64,000 nt of DNA from assembly GCA_027923505.1 (NCBI GenBank), contig BROI01000006.1, positions 1,116,001 through 1,180,000 of the forward strand, given 5' to 3'. Of the stretch, positions 1 through 11,400 are shown piece by piece. A program made the position numbers and the translations under genes. The first letter of the stretch is position 1. Each line of letters starts with the position of its first letter. The notes beneath the pieces were generated by a model. The model saw nothing but the letters and a program-made list of their open reading frames with translations. It was not told where the DNA came from and searched no databases. Source of the DNA: Mayamaea pseudoterrestris (Eukaryota).

Positions 1-1159
1 TCTCTTGGTCGACGAATGATTCAAGATGTAGCTCAAGTGGAGACGCTGGAGTAATGCTGGACTTTTGGGATGCGCTGGTAGCAAGTTCGTCGGCATTGGC
101 ATTGCCCTTTGCCGACTTGCGCTTGCTGGTTGCCGCATGCCCTGTCATTTCGAATCCAAAGGCTGGCAATCCCGATTCGACTTGCAGTGTTTGATACTCC
201 AAAGCTCCTACTTCAATCGGACCTAGTGCATTGTCTTCCGACACGAGATTTTGCCATATTTGCTGTCCCATGGATGCCGCCTGGTCCAAGAAGCAAAAGG
301 TGAAACCGCGTCCGACGCAGTCTGACAGCAGCGTGGTCGGAGCAATGAGCAGAGAGGAACGAGCCGTCGGGTCAGTATCGCTATCAGACCTAGTCACTTG
401 TGCATATGTACATTGATTGTTGTTTGGAAGTGCCAGCTCCTGGCGAATGTACGGCTGAATAAACTTGTCAAAAGCTGCAGCGACATTGTCGCGACGGGTC
501 GATGCCAGTGTAAATATGCAGGCATGTTTTATGGTCGAAAGCTCCACCTGGTCCAAGGAAAATACAAATGGATCCAATCGATTCCACAAGGCCTTTGCGG
601 AATGACCTGGACTCGTCATCAAGTATGCATTTTCAGGCGACGATACGCAAACATTGAAGCGATCAACTACATGCCCTCGATTTGTGAGCAAACAAGCTTG
701 TCGAAATGAGCCGAGTTGCTTGCTCGATTTATTCTCGACTGCTATCGTATTCTTGGTGAATGACTTTGTCAATTTTGAATGTAGAAAGTCTAGCGTTCCG
801 GAACCTGCCACTCGCACCAAGCCAAACTCGATTGGCGTTTTCTGCAGCATGTAGCCAATGCATCGGGAGGATTTCAAGGCGCTCCGAACGGCTTCTCCCT
901 TGAGTCCGGCTGGTGTATTTGGAGGATAGGAACTTGGTAATGATGGTTTTGATGAGATAGCAGGCGCTTGTCCGCGTCGAGGCGGAACGTAGTCGTACTC
1001 ATTGACGGAGGATGAATGGAGGCATGTTCTTGATGAATGCCAATCGCTTCGCCGTTGAGAAAGTTGTCTTTCATTTCGCCATTGGTGCGTCCAGCAAACA
1101 CTTAATTCTACTAAGGACAGCAGAGAAAGTAAAGCAATCGTCTCCCGTAGGCTCTTCAT
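1..1159 (-). CDS. YgfZ/GcvT-family folate-binding (aminomethyltransferase-like) protein, probably plastid-targeted; 3' end lies outside the window
   Basis: Not in the ORF track because it runs off the edge. Manual translation from ATG 1159: MKSLRETIALLSLLSLVELSVC-W (signal peptide plus aromatic residue), GLVRVAGSGTLDFLHSKLT, FRQACLLTNRGHVVD, LWNRLDPFVFSLDQVE, EYQTLQVESGLPAFGFEMTG, TPASPLELHL. These match YgfZ/GcvT-family segments. Confidence 0.8.
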   Translation of the reverse strand, partial: MKSLRETIALLSLLSLVELSVCWTHQWRNERQLSQRRSDWHSSRTCLHSSSVNEYDYVPPRRGQAPAISSKPSLPSSYPPNTPAGLKGEAVRSALKSSRCIGYMLQKTPIEFGLVRVAGSGTLDFLHSKLTKSFTKNTIAVENKSSKQLGSFRQACLLTNRGHVVDRFNVCVSSPENAYLMTSPGHSAKALWNRLDPFVFSLDQVELSTIKHACIFTLASTRRDNVAAAFDKFIQPYIRQELALPNNNQCTYAQVTRSDSDTDPTARSSLLIAPTTLLSDCVGRGFTFCFLDQAASMGQQIWQNLVSEDNALGPIEVGALEYQTLQVESGLPAFGFEMTGHAATSKRKSAKGNANADELATSASQKSSITPASPLELHLESFVDQE

Positions 1160-1274
1160 TGCTTCTGCTTGGTCGATTGAGTATGTAGGAGGCGACGGGA
1201 GCAAGAAATTGACGGATGGATCTTTGTGTAGTCTGGATTCATCCAATCACATCAATGAATCTTCTTGGGCCTAT

Positions 1275-1408
1275 TTTCAAAGTTTTTGGCCTACTCTTTC
1301 ACACTCAGTGACCAATAATTTTGATTTTCAACGCTCGTGGTAGTACTGTTCGAAGCACAGTGCCAATAACTTTGAAATATTTCAAAGTTTTTGGCACTAC
1401 TCTTTATT
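1275..1408. repeat. Family-B motif cluster (AGTGCCAAAAACTTTGA) including a 40-bp near-perfect palindrome at 1359-1398, in a divergent intergenic region
   Basis: agtgccaataactttgaaat|atttcaaagtttttggcact has 1 mismatch; further motif copies at ~1275-1299 and ~1307-1331; same motif as the array at 33.9-34.1 kb. Confidence 0.8.
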
Positions 1409-1579
1409 CCAGAGTCAACACGAACGCCACGTCACTTCACCGACCCGTTCGACTCGACCACGTAGAATCCTACGTGAGACCTCCGGTACTGCGGCAGCAC
1501 GAGAAGGCGCGGTCCACCATGACACAACCACCCGCTCGTCGTGCGTTGATTGAACACTGCACATATTGATATTAAAAAA

Positions 1580-2123
1580 ATGGTTAAGGTTTGGTATGAA
1601 CCTCCTCCTTTTGGTGGAGTCGGCACTGACTTGAATCGCTCTCCCTATGGAATTGGTGAGTGATTGATTTGTTTAGGAGTACACCAAGATTTTTGCATCC
1701 GCGCCTCGAGTCGAATCTCATCCCCTTTCCTTCCTCCTCTTTTGTGCGCAGGCGGAGGAGGCACTTTCAAGACGTTTCTCGAAAAGATGTCCAAGACGCG
1801 TCCAATGGTCGCCATGACTCCCTTTATCATCGGGGTAAGTCGGCATAATTGCATTGAGTCGAACCATTGATCAAGGAGAAATTGGCTGTACCTCCTAAAA
1901 TTGTTTTCCTGCTATTGCCGCTAACAAGCTTGCTATTTAACTCTATACATTTGTTTCATCGCAGGCCATGGTCATTAGCTACGTTCCTGTCATGAACCAC
2001 AAGCTGCCCTTTTCCTTCTCGCCCGAGTACCAGGCGGCCAACCGTGCCTACATGCGGTACCACAATATGAATCCAATCTTTGGTATCAGCAGCAAGCAGG
2101 CGAGAGCGACTAATGCGGAGTGA
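1580..2123 (+). CDS. Small 3-exon membrane protein (105 aa), cytochrome c oxidase subunit 4-like; exons 1580-1655, 1752-1834, 1965-2123
   Basis: GT-AG introns join to a 318-nt frame: MVKVWYEPPPFGG...MVAMTPFIIGAMVISYVPV...LPFSFSPEYQAANRAYMRYHNMNPIFGISSK. One hydrophobic segment plus a COX4-like C-terminal P-x-S-x-x-x-E...M...NPIxG-xSSK pattern. Confidence 0.65.
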
Positions 2124-2204
2124 AATATTGGTTGTAGATTGAGAATCTAGAATTAACGGTTGAGCGTTACTTATTAATGTTGACGCGGCGCATGCGACTT
2201 AAGT

Positions 2205-3338
2205 TCAGATAATGATATTGCTGCTGCACTTTGGCAACACTTTGGGAAGCGAATCATCCTTGCTCCACTCGTCCCAGCTTCCGTCATACACTAGCGTATT
2301 GGCACTCCTTCCGCATAATCGCAAGGCCAAGTAGAGACTGCAGGCTGACACGCCGCTGCCGCAGGAGCAAATAATGGGAACCGTTTCGTCCACTGGATCG
2401 ACACCAACGTTTCGAAACAAGTCAAGCAAGTCATTGGTGGACTTCCAGACACCAGGCGATGACTGTAGACTTGAATAGGGAATATGAATCGAACCAGGCA
2501 CGTGTCCCTGGCGTTTAAAGCTCGAACCTCTGGCGTCCAACAACAAGGTCGACGTTAACGATTCCTTCGCAGTCACGCTGCGCGTCAGAGTCTCCAAAAC
2601 TTGCTCCTTGGTAGCGAACGTGTTTAATTGCAACGTGGATGGATATTGGTCGTGGTTGTTGCCGCTCAAGTTGCTCTTGTGTAGCTCATCCCATTCAATC
2701 ATCATTTTGACTGCTTTCGGAACATTCAACGTATCCGTATCCACCGGCCCACTTGCAGCCATCCAGTCATCCAAACATCCTTCCATGATACTGACTTGAC
2801 CTTGCTGCATGACGTGAAAATGGAACCATATGCGAGGAAGAAAGGTATGACCCTTCCGCCCATAGACAATGACATGATCTTGTCGTGAAATGTTGAACGT
2901 CGCCATTGCCGCGGCGAACAACGATAGAGGAGGAAGCATGTGCTGCAGTTGTAGTTTTGTTGCATTCCCTCTTTCCAAGTCTTGTATGATTGTTGGATTG
3001 GTAGCTGAAAGATCGTCAATGTCAAAGTAAACGCTGCCTGGAATGCGAGGGCCTTGCTCATGCTCGTTCCTGCCGACCCGGTCGCCCTTGTGAAACCATG
3101 TTCCGTCCACAAACTTTATACGCCGTCCATTAGCGTCAACTTTGTTTTGAAACAGCGTCAAGCATTCATTGACGGAGAGAAATATGTTACTGCTTGATAA
3201 AGAAGGCGAAGAATGAGCATCGAGTCGAGTCGCCAGGGCGGGCGAAGGCGTTCCATAGCGTTGAATCCAAGCTGAACTTATGCGAGCGTTGAAAGCTATC
3301 GTAAGGATTATCAAGAGATGCTGCAATGAATGCACCAT
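2205..3338 (-). CDS. Tandem-rhodanese 3-mercaptopyruvate/thiosulfate sulfurtransferase with signal peptide (SA-W), probably plastid-targeted
   Basis: RIPGSVYFDID, HMLP, GHVPGS, active-site CSCGSGVSAC and YDGSWDEW motifs; likely ATG at 3338 (MVHSLQHLLIILTIAFNARISSAW). Confidence 0.88.
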   Translation of the reverse strand: MVHSLQHLLIILTIAFNARISSAWIQRYGTPSPALATRLDAHSSPSLSSSNIFLSVNECLTLFQNKVDANGRRIKFVDGTWFHKGDRVGRNEHEQGPRIPGSVYFDIDDLSATNPTIIQDLERGNATKLQLQHMLPPLSLFAAAMATFNISRQDHVIVYGRKGHTFLPRIWFHFHVMQQGQVSIMEGCLDDWMAASGPVDTDTLNVPKAVKMMIEWDELHKSNLSGNNHDQYPSTLQLNTFATKEQVLETLTRSVTAKESLTSTLLLDARGSSFKRQGHVPGSIHIPYSSLQSSPGVWKSTNDLLDLFRNVGVDPVDETVPIICSCGSGVSACSLYLALRLCGRSANTLVYDGSWDEWSKDDSLPKVLPKCSSNIII

Positions 3339-3552
3339 GGAGCTGAACAAGCCAAGGAGCAGCCCATTTAACAACCGGCATGATGTGAGGTTCGTTGTTC
3401 GATGCGTTTATTCCTCGAAAATGTCGCACCGGCGCTATTAGCTATTGGCGGCATATCTGAACGCACATTAGCGTCAACAAATTGAACGGAACAACACGTA
3501 TTGTGGATGTCTATATTGATTGTTGTAGCACATATTATTTAATGTATGGAGT

Positions 3553-6369
3553 CTATGCCGAACAACTGAGACAGACATCATCGTTGGCTTCTGGAAGCAT
3601 TCCGGGCTCGATAATATTGCTTTCAGATTCCACGGTGTACTGGATCGCATTTACTGCTGGCTTGGTTCGTAAATAGTACATGCCCGTCTTGAGACCCTTC
3701 TTCCATGCGTAGAAATGCATCGATGTGAGCTTGTCGACTGTCGGATCAGCGATGAACAAATTGAGCGACTGACTCTGATCAACGAATTTTCCGCGATCCG
3801 CTGCCATGTCTATTATATCCTTCATCTTGATTTCCCAAACCGTCTTGTACAGTTCCTTCAGCCGATCTGGTATCTCGGGTATGTTCCGTATTGATCCGCC
3901 ATGACGCATCAACTGATTGCGTACTGACGCAGTCCAGAGCCCACGATCTGTCAAGTCCTGCAGTAGGTGCGGGTTGGCCATGATAAATTCTCCCGCCTTG
4001 ACTCGACGAACATAGAGATTTGAACTAAAAGGCTCAAAGCATTCATTGACACCAAGTATTTGTGACGTTGATGCTGTCGGCATGGGAGCCACGAGCAAAG
4101 AGTTGCGTAGCCCCGTCGACTTGATTTGCTGCGCTAAACCTTGCCAATCATAGCCTCCAGAAGCAGCGCTTTCTGGATATCGCTGATTCTTGTGTAGTTT
4201 GTCTCCGGCGGCTGAATATTGGTGGCTGGGTGTCTCGTCATCGCTCGCTCCCCACAGATGATGTTGTAAAAGACCGCGACTCGCCGGGCTATCAGCGAAT
4301 GAGGCATAGGGGCCGTCCCTAACGGCGATCTCAGCACTGGCTTCCAGAGCAGCATGATAAATAGTTTCAAAAATGGCTTCATTCAGTTGTCTCGCTTCTG
4401 GAGAAGTAAATGGTAGGCCGAGTCGGAGGAATGCGTCCGCCAAGCCTGACACGCCTATTCCTATGGGACGATGCCGCATGTTTGATAGTTTCGCGCCTTC
4501 CACAGGATAGCTGTTGATGTCAATGATTTTATTAAGATTTCGTGTCACAACCTTCGCCACATCATGCAGGGCCGCATGGTCAAAGTACGCACGTCCTGAT
4601 GCAGGATTGATCGAGCCGACAGGACCACGATCCGAGACAACAAATTTTGGTAGGCAAATGCTTGCAAGATTACACACCGACACTTCGTCCTTGTCCGTGT
4701 ACTGAATAATTTCGGTGCAAAGGTTGCTGCACTGGATCGTACCAATGTTCTGTTGATTGCTTTTTGCGTTGCATGCATCCTTGTACAACATGTACGGTGT
4801 CCCCGTTTCAATTTGTGACTCGAGGATAGCGCCCCACAAGTCTCGGGCACGTACTTGTCGAACAAAGCGACCCTCTTGTTCGTACTTTTCGTAGAGCTCT
4901 CGAAAGTTGTGACCGTAACGATCCTGCAACCCCGGGCATTCGTGCGGACACATTAAGCTCCACATGCCGCCTTCTTGCACTCGGCGCATAAACAAGTCAG
5001 GGATCCACAGGCCATAGAATAAATCTCTAGCTCGCTGCTCCTCTTTTCCATGGTTCTTTTTTAGATTCAACACGTCAAAAATATCCGCATGCCAAGGCTC
5101 AATGTAAACAGCAAACGCCCCAGGTCGCTTACCACCTCCTTGATCAACATATCGACTTGTCACGTCATAGACGCGAAGCATGGGAACCAAGCCATTGGAG
5201 ACTCCCCGTGTTCCTTTAATGAGTGTTCCGCGCGCTCGAATGTTATGCACGCTGAGACCAATGCCTCCAGCCGCCTTGCTAATCACGGCGCATGTGTGAA
5301 GCGTGTCGTAAATGCCGTGTATTGAATCGTCGCTCATTTGAACCAGAAAGCACGAGGACAATTGCGGGTGCGTCGTCCCAGCATGAAAGAGCGTGGGAGA
5401 TGCGTGCGTAAAGTAGCCTTGACTCATCAAGTTGTATGTCTCCATTGCAGACTTCAAACAGTCATCGTTTCGTCCCTCCTGTAGATTGCTGCCGCAGCAG
5501 TGAATCCCCAGCGCCACGCGCATCCACATGTACTGGGGTCGCTCCAAAATGCGACCTTTATCGTCTCGCAACAAATAGGCTCGCTCCAGCGTCTTGAAAC
5601 CAAAATATGTCATTTCATAGTCTCGATCGTCCACAATCTGTGCGTCAATCCAATCGGCATGGTTGAGGACCACGCCTGCAAGTTTTTCGCTAATGAATCC
5701 CCTGCCATTTTGGTAAAGCTGCTCAATGGCTTGCGAGAATCGTTGCGGCGTTTGCTTGTGACTCTGCGAAACAAGCACGCGCGCCGCGAGTCGTCCATAG
5801 TCGGGGTGTTGCGTCGAAAGTGAGGATGCTGATTCGGCAATCAAACCGTCAAGCTCCGTCGTGGTTAAGTCTGGGTACACGCCGCGCGCAATGGACTCAG
5901 TCAGCAAAGTCAGATTGAGGTACTTGATATTCAGTGGCGGATAGATCGAAGTTGCTAGTGTCTCTAGTCGCTTATATACTCTGTCTGGATTGAAGATTTC
6001 AGTTCGACCGTCGCGTTTTCGAATGGTAACAATGTCGTTGGATGGTTGCGTTTGACTGGTCGACAGGAAGCTGCCATTTTGAGAATCATCAATTTGTCCC
6101 TTTTGCTGAAATAGATTAGATTCTCCATTGGTGTTATGTGATCTTAACGTAGGAGAATTTGGAGTAGCTTCCGCCGCGGTTCTCGCGATCAAAAAGTGGC
6201 ATGCGATGATGAACAAAGCGATCGGCCGGAGCATCGGAAAAGATGGATTTCTACGTCGTCCAATCATCGTCGTATACTCTTTCGTTTTCCAATGTTTGAG
6301 TGGAGGAAGAGCGGTGCGTCGCGCCACCTGAAATCGGCTAAAATTGCGGAACGGAAAGAGAAATCCCAT
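3553..6369 (-). CDS. RNR1: Ribonucleoside-diphosphate reductase large subunit (class Ia R1) with N-terminal extension; start uncertain (ATGs at 6369, 6267, 6234)
   Basis: ATP cone (IRKRDGR), PQLSSCFL, DQGGGKRPGAFA, SNLCTEI, VCNLAS, APMPTASTS, GLKTGMYYLRT and C-terminal CLSCSA. Confidence 0.96.
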   Translation of the reverse strand: MGFLFPFRNFSRFQVARRTALPPLKHWKTKEYTTMIGRRRNPSFPMLRPIALFIIACHFLIARTAAEATPNSPTLRSHNTNGESNLFQQKGQIDDSQNGSFLSTSQTQPSNDIVTIRKRDGRTEIFNPDRVYKRLETLATSIYPPLNIKYLNLTLLTESIARGVYPDLTTTELDGLIAESASSLSTQHPDYGRLAARVLVSQSHKQTPQRFSQAIEQLYQNGRGFISEKLAGVVLNHADWIDAQIVDDRDYEMTYFGFKTLERAYLLRDDKGRILERPQYMWMRVALGIHCCGSNLQEGRNDDCLKSAMETYNLMSQGYFTHASPTLFHAGTTHPQLSSCFLVQMSDDSIHGIYDTLHTCAVISKAAGGIGLSVHNIRARGTLIKGTRGVSNGLVPMLRVYDVTSRYVDQGGGKRPGAFAVYIEPWHADIFDVLNLKKNHGKEEQRARDLFYGLWIPDLFMRRVQEGGMWSLMCPHECPGLQDRYGHNFRELYEKYEQEGRFVRQVRARDLWGAILESQIETGTPYMLYKDACNAKSNQQNIGTIQCSNLCTEIIQYTDKDEVSVCNLASICLPKFVVSDRGPVGSINPASGRAYFDHAALHDVAKVVTRNLNKIIDINSYPVEGAKLSNMRHRPIGIGVSGLADAFLRLGLPFTSPEARQLNEAIFETIYHAALEASAEIAVRDGPYASFADSPASRGLLQHHLWGASDDETPSHQYSAAGDKLHKNQRYPESAASGGYDWQGLAQQIKSTGLRNSLLVAPMPTASTSQILGVNECFEPFSSNLYVRRVKAGEFIMANPHLLQDLTDRGLWTASVRNQLMRHGGSIRNIPEIPDRLKELYKTVWEIKMKDIIDMAADRGKFVDQSQSLNLFIADPTVDKLTSMHFYAWKKGLKTGMYYLRTKPAVNAIQYTVESESNIIEPGMLPEANDDVCLSCSA

Positions 6370-6623
6370 GGTCGTCAAAGTTGCAGGTCGACTCACGTCG
6401 GACCGGTTATTGGGCAGTCTCGCTGCGACCTACACGATATTGAACAATTAGTTCTCGCTTCGACTACCGATACTCTGGTCCCGCCGCACCTTAAGTGCAG
6501 CATACCGACAAGCTTACGAAGAGCCGACTTTTTGTCAATTGTTCGTCTAATGACGTATTATTAATGCTGAATGAGCGGAATGATCAATCAGCGACCTAAG
6601 ATAAACGTTAACGAATTCGGCTG

Positions 6624-7892
6624 CTACATATGTTGCTGCTGACACTTATTCAGAAGATTGCATAAGAATGCCCCAGATTGCAATTGAAGAGAAGACTTGT
6701 CGTCCAGTTGCAGATGACCAAAATCCAGAGCCAATGCTTCAATGCAACGCTTCTGCAGGTTCGAAACGGTTGCGGGACACAAATCTCCACAAAGCTCGCG
6801 TTCCTTTTCCAGTAGTGTCAATACTGCGCTCTTGTCAATAGATGGAAGCTTCGCTTTATCAATCAATGACTTGAAAAGTTTGGTGTCAATCGCATGATTT
6901 CTGCAGCATGCCGCAATTGCTTTACTAAGTATTAAAGAGTGTCCCGGACCATTGCCAGTTTCTTGCAATAGTTTCAGCGCAAAGGCGAGGTCACAAGCAT
7001 CAATCAGTGTGTCCATGCTGCTGGTATCAAAACTACTAAGACGGCAGCGAAAGAGCTCAAAGACGGCGTCGAGAGCAGGCTGTATATGGCGAGACAACGC
7101 GGCGTTGACAAGTCTCGCGCAATCCCTTGCGCGCAACGCGGTGCTCCAAAACTTTTGGATATTTTTAACAAGTCGAGATATCTGAAAGTAATCAGCTAGC
7201 CAGTACATGTAGGCTGAATCGGCAATTCTGTTGGGGCGAGCAGGTCGCACCATGCTACCGATAGGCGCTCCACCCTGCGAATAACTGGAGTACATGTAAT
7301 CGAGTATCATCGGCATATACTTGGCAGTGGTCGCGTCAAGCTCGATTCGACTTATGTTCACTTGGCCTTCCGCAAATGTTGGCCCATCCTTATCCATCAA
7401 GCACAATAATCCATGAAAATACTTGCTCGTACTCGCCAAAACGACTTTGTGGCAATGATATTTCTTTACCGCCTTTACGCGTTTCTCGATTGTAACGATT
7501 TCAATTGTGTAGTCCGACAGGCTTTCCTCGGCAGGATGTCGCCAATCAAGTATCGCCTCGTAGTCACTGAAGAGGATTGGTGGGGGGACATTAGCCATAA
7601 TCATCGGCCACCAGCCTCGAGAAGGGGGTAGACTAGAAGAGGACGAGACATCATCACTCGTGTAGATGGCATCGGCTGACTTGATTTCCCAACGTTTGAC
7701 GTCTCCTTGAGTGATGCAAAGCTCATACTGGATCGTCCCATCGAATAACCGTGACAATTTCTTGTACTTCACAGGTCCATATCCAACATTCTTCTTATAG
7801 GTTCCATTGACAGCATCGATACCCGCCCCAAAAACTTGAATCGATTCTGGCACGTCGTTTGTGCGCCACATTTGTTTCTCTAGACTCGTCAT
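6624..7892 (-). CDS. BTB/POZ-domain protein
   Basis: 422-aa ORF with SDYTIEI...YHCHKVVLASTSKYF...ILDYMYS...LADYFQI, a BTB signature. Confidence 0.8.
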   Translation of the reverse strand: MTSLEKQMWRTNDVPESIQVFGAGIDAVNGTYKKNVGYGPVKYKKLSRLFDGTIQYELCITQGDVKRWEIKSADAIYTSDDVSSSSSLPPSRGWWPMIMANVPPPILFSDYEAILDWRHPAEESLSDYTIEIVTIEKRVKAVKKYHCHKVVLASTSKYFHGLLCLMDKDGPTFAEGQVNISRIELDATTAKYMPMILDYMYSSYSQGGAPIGSMVRPARPNRIADSAYMYWLADYFQISRLVKNIQKFWSTALRARDCARLVNAALSRHIQPALDAVFELFRCRLSSFDTSSMDTLIDACDLAFALKLLQETGNGPGHSLILSKAIAACCRNHAIDTKLFKSLIDKAKLPSIDKSAVLTLLEKERELCGDLCPATVSNLQKRCIEALALDFGHLQLDDKSSLQLQSGAFLCNLLNKCQQQHM

Positions 7893-8496
7893 TGATTCAG
7901 GAGCGTTCCAAAAATTATTGTAAAAACATTTGTCATTGCTATGACAGAACTGATTGCAGTTTTTACGGAAATAAGGTAAGCGTACCGTTCGGAAGACAAT
8001 CTTCGGGCTTCGAGTCGATGCTGCCGCTTCCGATATTATTAATCTTTTCTCGCATATCGATCCCTCGATTTGCTGCTTCCATATAATTCAATACCCGACT
8101 TTGTCCAGCTCCTTGCCGCGAGATTAATTGAAAGCGTCAAAATCATGATTGGCGTGCATGGTAAACAGCAATCTGAATTCCCATGGCGCGGTCGACGAGA
8201 CGTCCGTCGATTTAAAAAACTCGGAACGGTACTGAACACGTTTTCGAAGAGACAACCTCTCCTTTCCGGCAGCACGGAAATTGCACCTCGCTCGCCTCGG
8301 ATGAATGGACCAGTCCTCCCACAACCATAAGCTTGCAATTTTGCAGTAAAGAGGCTCTTGCTCTCTTGTGTAGAATCGATCACCTAAGACTGCTTATTGG
8401 AGAAGACAAGTGGATTGGTACTCTAATCAACCTGATCAACGGTGAGGCCATCACGCACCACAAGTTCTTGTTTATCGGACGTTCATAAGGCCCAAC

Positions 8497-11400
8497 ATGA
8501 GGTCATCGCATTGCCTACCCGCAGTCTTGGCCTTGGCACTTTGTCTTCATGGACCATTTTCTTCGGCTTTCACATCGCTGGTTTCCGCAAGGACTTCTAG
8601 TAGGCCGCAGCTGGCAACGACATTGTTCACTGCTACCCTTCCCACCGACGATCACGTTGCAACAAGTACAGCAGCTCCACTACCCATAGCAATCTCCAAC
8701 ACAATTCCAGCAACATCACCCGCATCAGCCACAAAGTATCATTGCGATGTTCCTCCTTTCAACAACATTCTCGCCGCCAATCGAGCAGAAATCGCCGTAC
8801 GAATCATGCGCGCCGCCACGGAACTCAACATTGGCACCACGGCCATTTACGTGGACGAGGACAAATTTTCGCAGCATCGATGGGGAGCCGACAAGAGCTT
8901 TCGACTAAACAAGCAGAGTGTTGAGGGAGCAACTCCAATTTCAGCCTATTTGGATATCCCGCAAATCATTCAGGTGGCAAAGGATGCATCTGTTGATGCG
9001 ATTCATCCGGTACGTTCATTCAAGTGAGAAGTCATCAAATTAATTGCATTTGCGCTGACAACGCGTTTATCCATTTCATTCGATGCAGGGCTACGGTTTC
9101 CTCTCAGAGAGCCCCGAGTTTGCCACTGCGTGCGCCGAAGCTGGCATTACATTTGTTGGCCCGACGGTAGAAAACCTGTTGACATTTTCCGACAAGACAT
9201 CGGCGCGAACGGCTGCCATTGCCGCTGGTGTACCCGTCGTACCCGGTAGTCCTGGTGCACTTTCCAATGCCGAGGAAGTTGTCGATTTTGTGACAAATGA
9301 GTCTGGTCTGCCAGTCATTTTGAAGGCTGCCATGGGCGGAGGAGGCAAAGGCATGCGCGTCGTTCGCAAAATGGAAGACTTGGTTTCGAGCTTTGAAGCC
9401 GCCTCCAGCGAAGCCAAGGCGAGCTTTGGCGACGGAAGTGTATTTGTCGAGCGCTTTGTTGACCGTCCCCGACATATTGAAGTGCAAATTATTGGTGACG
9501 GCACTGGCAACGTTGTGCATCTTTGGGAGCGCGACTGCTCCGTCCAGCGACGACACCAAAAGGTCATTGAAATGGCACCAGCTTGGACTTTGCCCGACGA
9601 ATTGCGACAGCAGCTTCACGAATATGCAATCAAGCTTACCTCGGAGCAAAAATACAAGAACGCAGGAACGGTCGAGTTTTTGATTGACAGCGAGTTGCGC
9701 CCCTACTTTATTGAAGTCAACCCTCGCATTCAAGTTGAACACACTGTGACGGAGGAAGTCACTGGTATCGACCTTGTGCAGGCTCAGATCAAGATTGCGG
9801 CTGGAGCCACGCTCAAAGAAGTAGGCTTGATCCAGGAGAATATCAAGCCGCGAGGTGTTGCCATTCAGTGTCGGGTCACGACTGAGGATCCGGAGCGTGA
9901 CTTTGCGCCTGATTCGGGTACAATTTCTTTGTATCGACATTCGGCCGGGAAAGGTGTGCGCATGGACGGTATTGGGTACAGCGGCATGACTGTGACACCT
10001 TTTTTCGACTCCATGATTGTCAAATATACATGTTCTGGTGCAACCTTTACGGAAACTGTTGCGAGAATGAAGCGGACCTTGCAGGAGTGCCGCATCCGCG
10101 GCGTCAAAACTAACATCGGGTTTCTTTTGAATGTATTGTCACACCCCGTCTTTGAGTCAGGCATCGTGACCACTAGCTTTATTGACGAGAACCCAAAGCT
10201 GAAGCAAACAAGTCAGGCTCTCTGGGACTTTGCCGATGAAGAACAAGCAGATCCACGCAAGCTGTTTGCTACCGAACGCTTGATTCGTTACCTCGCCAAC
10301 ATTGCTGTGAATGGTCAGCCGCAAGAACTAGGCGCAGACGCTACCAAACTAAACAATCCGCTTCGGCTGCAAACCATTGCCTCGCCAAAAATGCCGGCAC
10401 AGGAAGCGGCTACACATATTGAACAGTACCCTGGCTGGCGCCATGTCCTTCAAACGGAAGGTCCAGCCGCGCTTGCTGCAAAGGTCCGACAGCACAGAGG
10501 ACTCTTGTTGACAGACACAACGTGGCGTGATGCTCATCAGTCACTTCTGGCGACTCGCATGCGCAGTAGTGATTTGTATGCCTGCGCCGACTACACAAAT
10601 GTTGCGCTCTCCAATGCATTTTCGCTTGAAATGTGGGGTGGAGCTACCTTTGACGTGGCAATGCGATTTCTTCGCGAGTGTCCTTGGGAGCGACTAGAGA
10701 CCCTTCGCGAGAAGACGGACATTCCGTTTCAAATGCTGCTTCGAGGAGCCAACGCGGTCGGGTACACCAACTATCCTGATGACGTTGTACATCGTTTCTG
10801 CAAGCAAGCACACAAGTCAGGCATTGACATATTCCGGGTGTTTGACTCACTCAACTACCTAGAAAACCTTCAGCTTGGCGTGGATGCGGCCGGAAACGCC
10901 GGTGGTTTTGTTGAAGGAACAATGTCGTACACCGGAAATGTCGCGGACCCCGCCAAGGGAAAGTATACGTTGGATTACTACCTTGAACTTGCCAACAAGC
11001 TTGTCGACATGGGCGTACATTCTCTTGCCATCAAGGACATGGCTGGCTTGTTGACTCCACAAGCGTCTTCGTTGCTGGTTGGTGCTTTGCGCAAGGAGCA
11101 CCCTGACATTCCCATTCACGTTCACACGCATGACACTGCCGGTAGCGGAGTTGCTTCCATGCTGGCAGCCGCTGAAGCTGGGGCTGACATTGTGGATGCT
11201 GCAATTGATGCCATGTCGGGCATGACGTCGCAGCCGTCCCTCGGTGCACTTGTGGCCAATTTGCGAGGAACGGAGCGAGATACCGGTATCAAGCTCGAGC
11301 ACTTGCCAGCCTTGAACTCGTACTGGGAGAACATACGCGCATTATACAGTCCTTTTGAATCAGGCCAACTGAGTGGTTCGTCTGATGTATACTTTCACGA

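Noticed and set aside
874..1101. 75-aa minus-strand ORF
   Set aside because: Alternative frame of the YgfZ/GcvT-like gene.
1..3338. Plastid Fe-S/sulfur gene cluster (YgfZ-like plus sulfurtransferase)
   Set aside because: Only two genes, separated by an unrelated one; adjacency in a compact genome is weak evidence.
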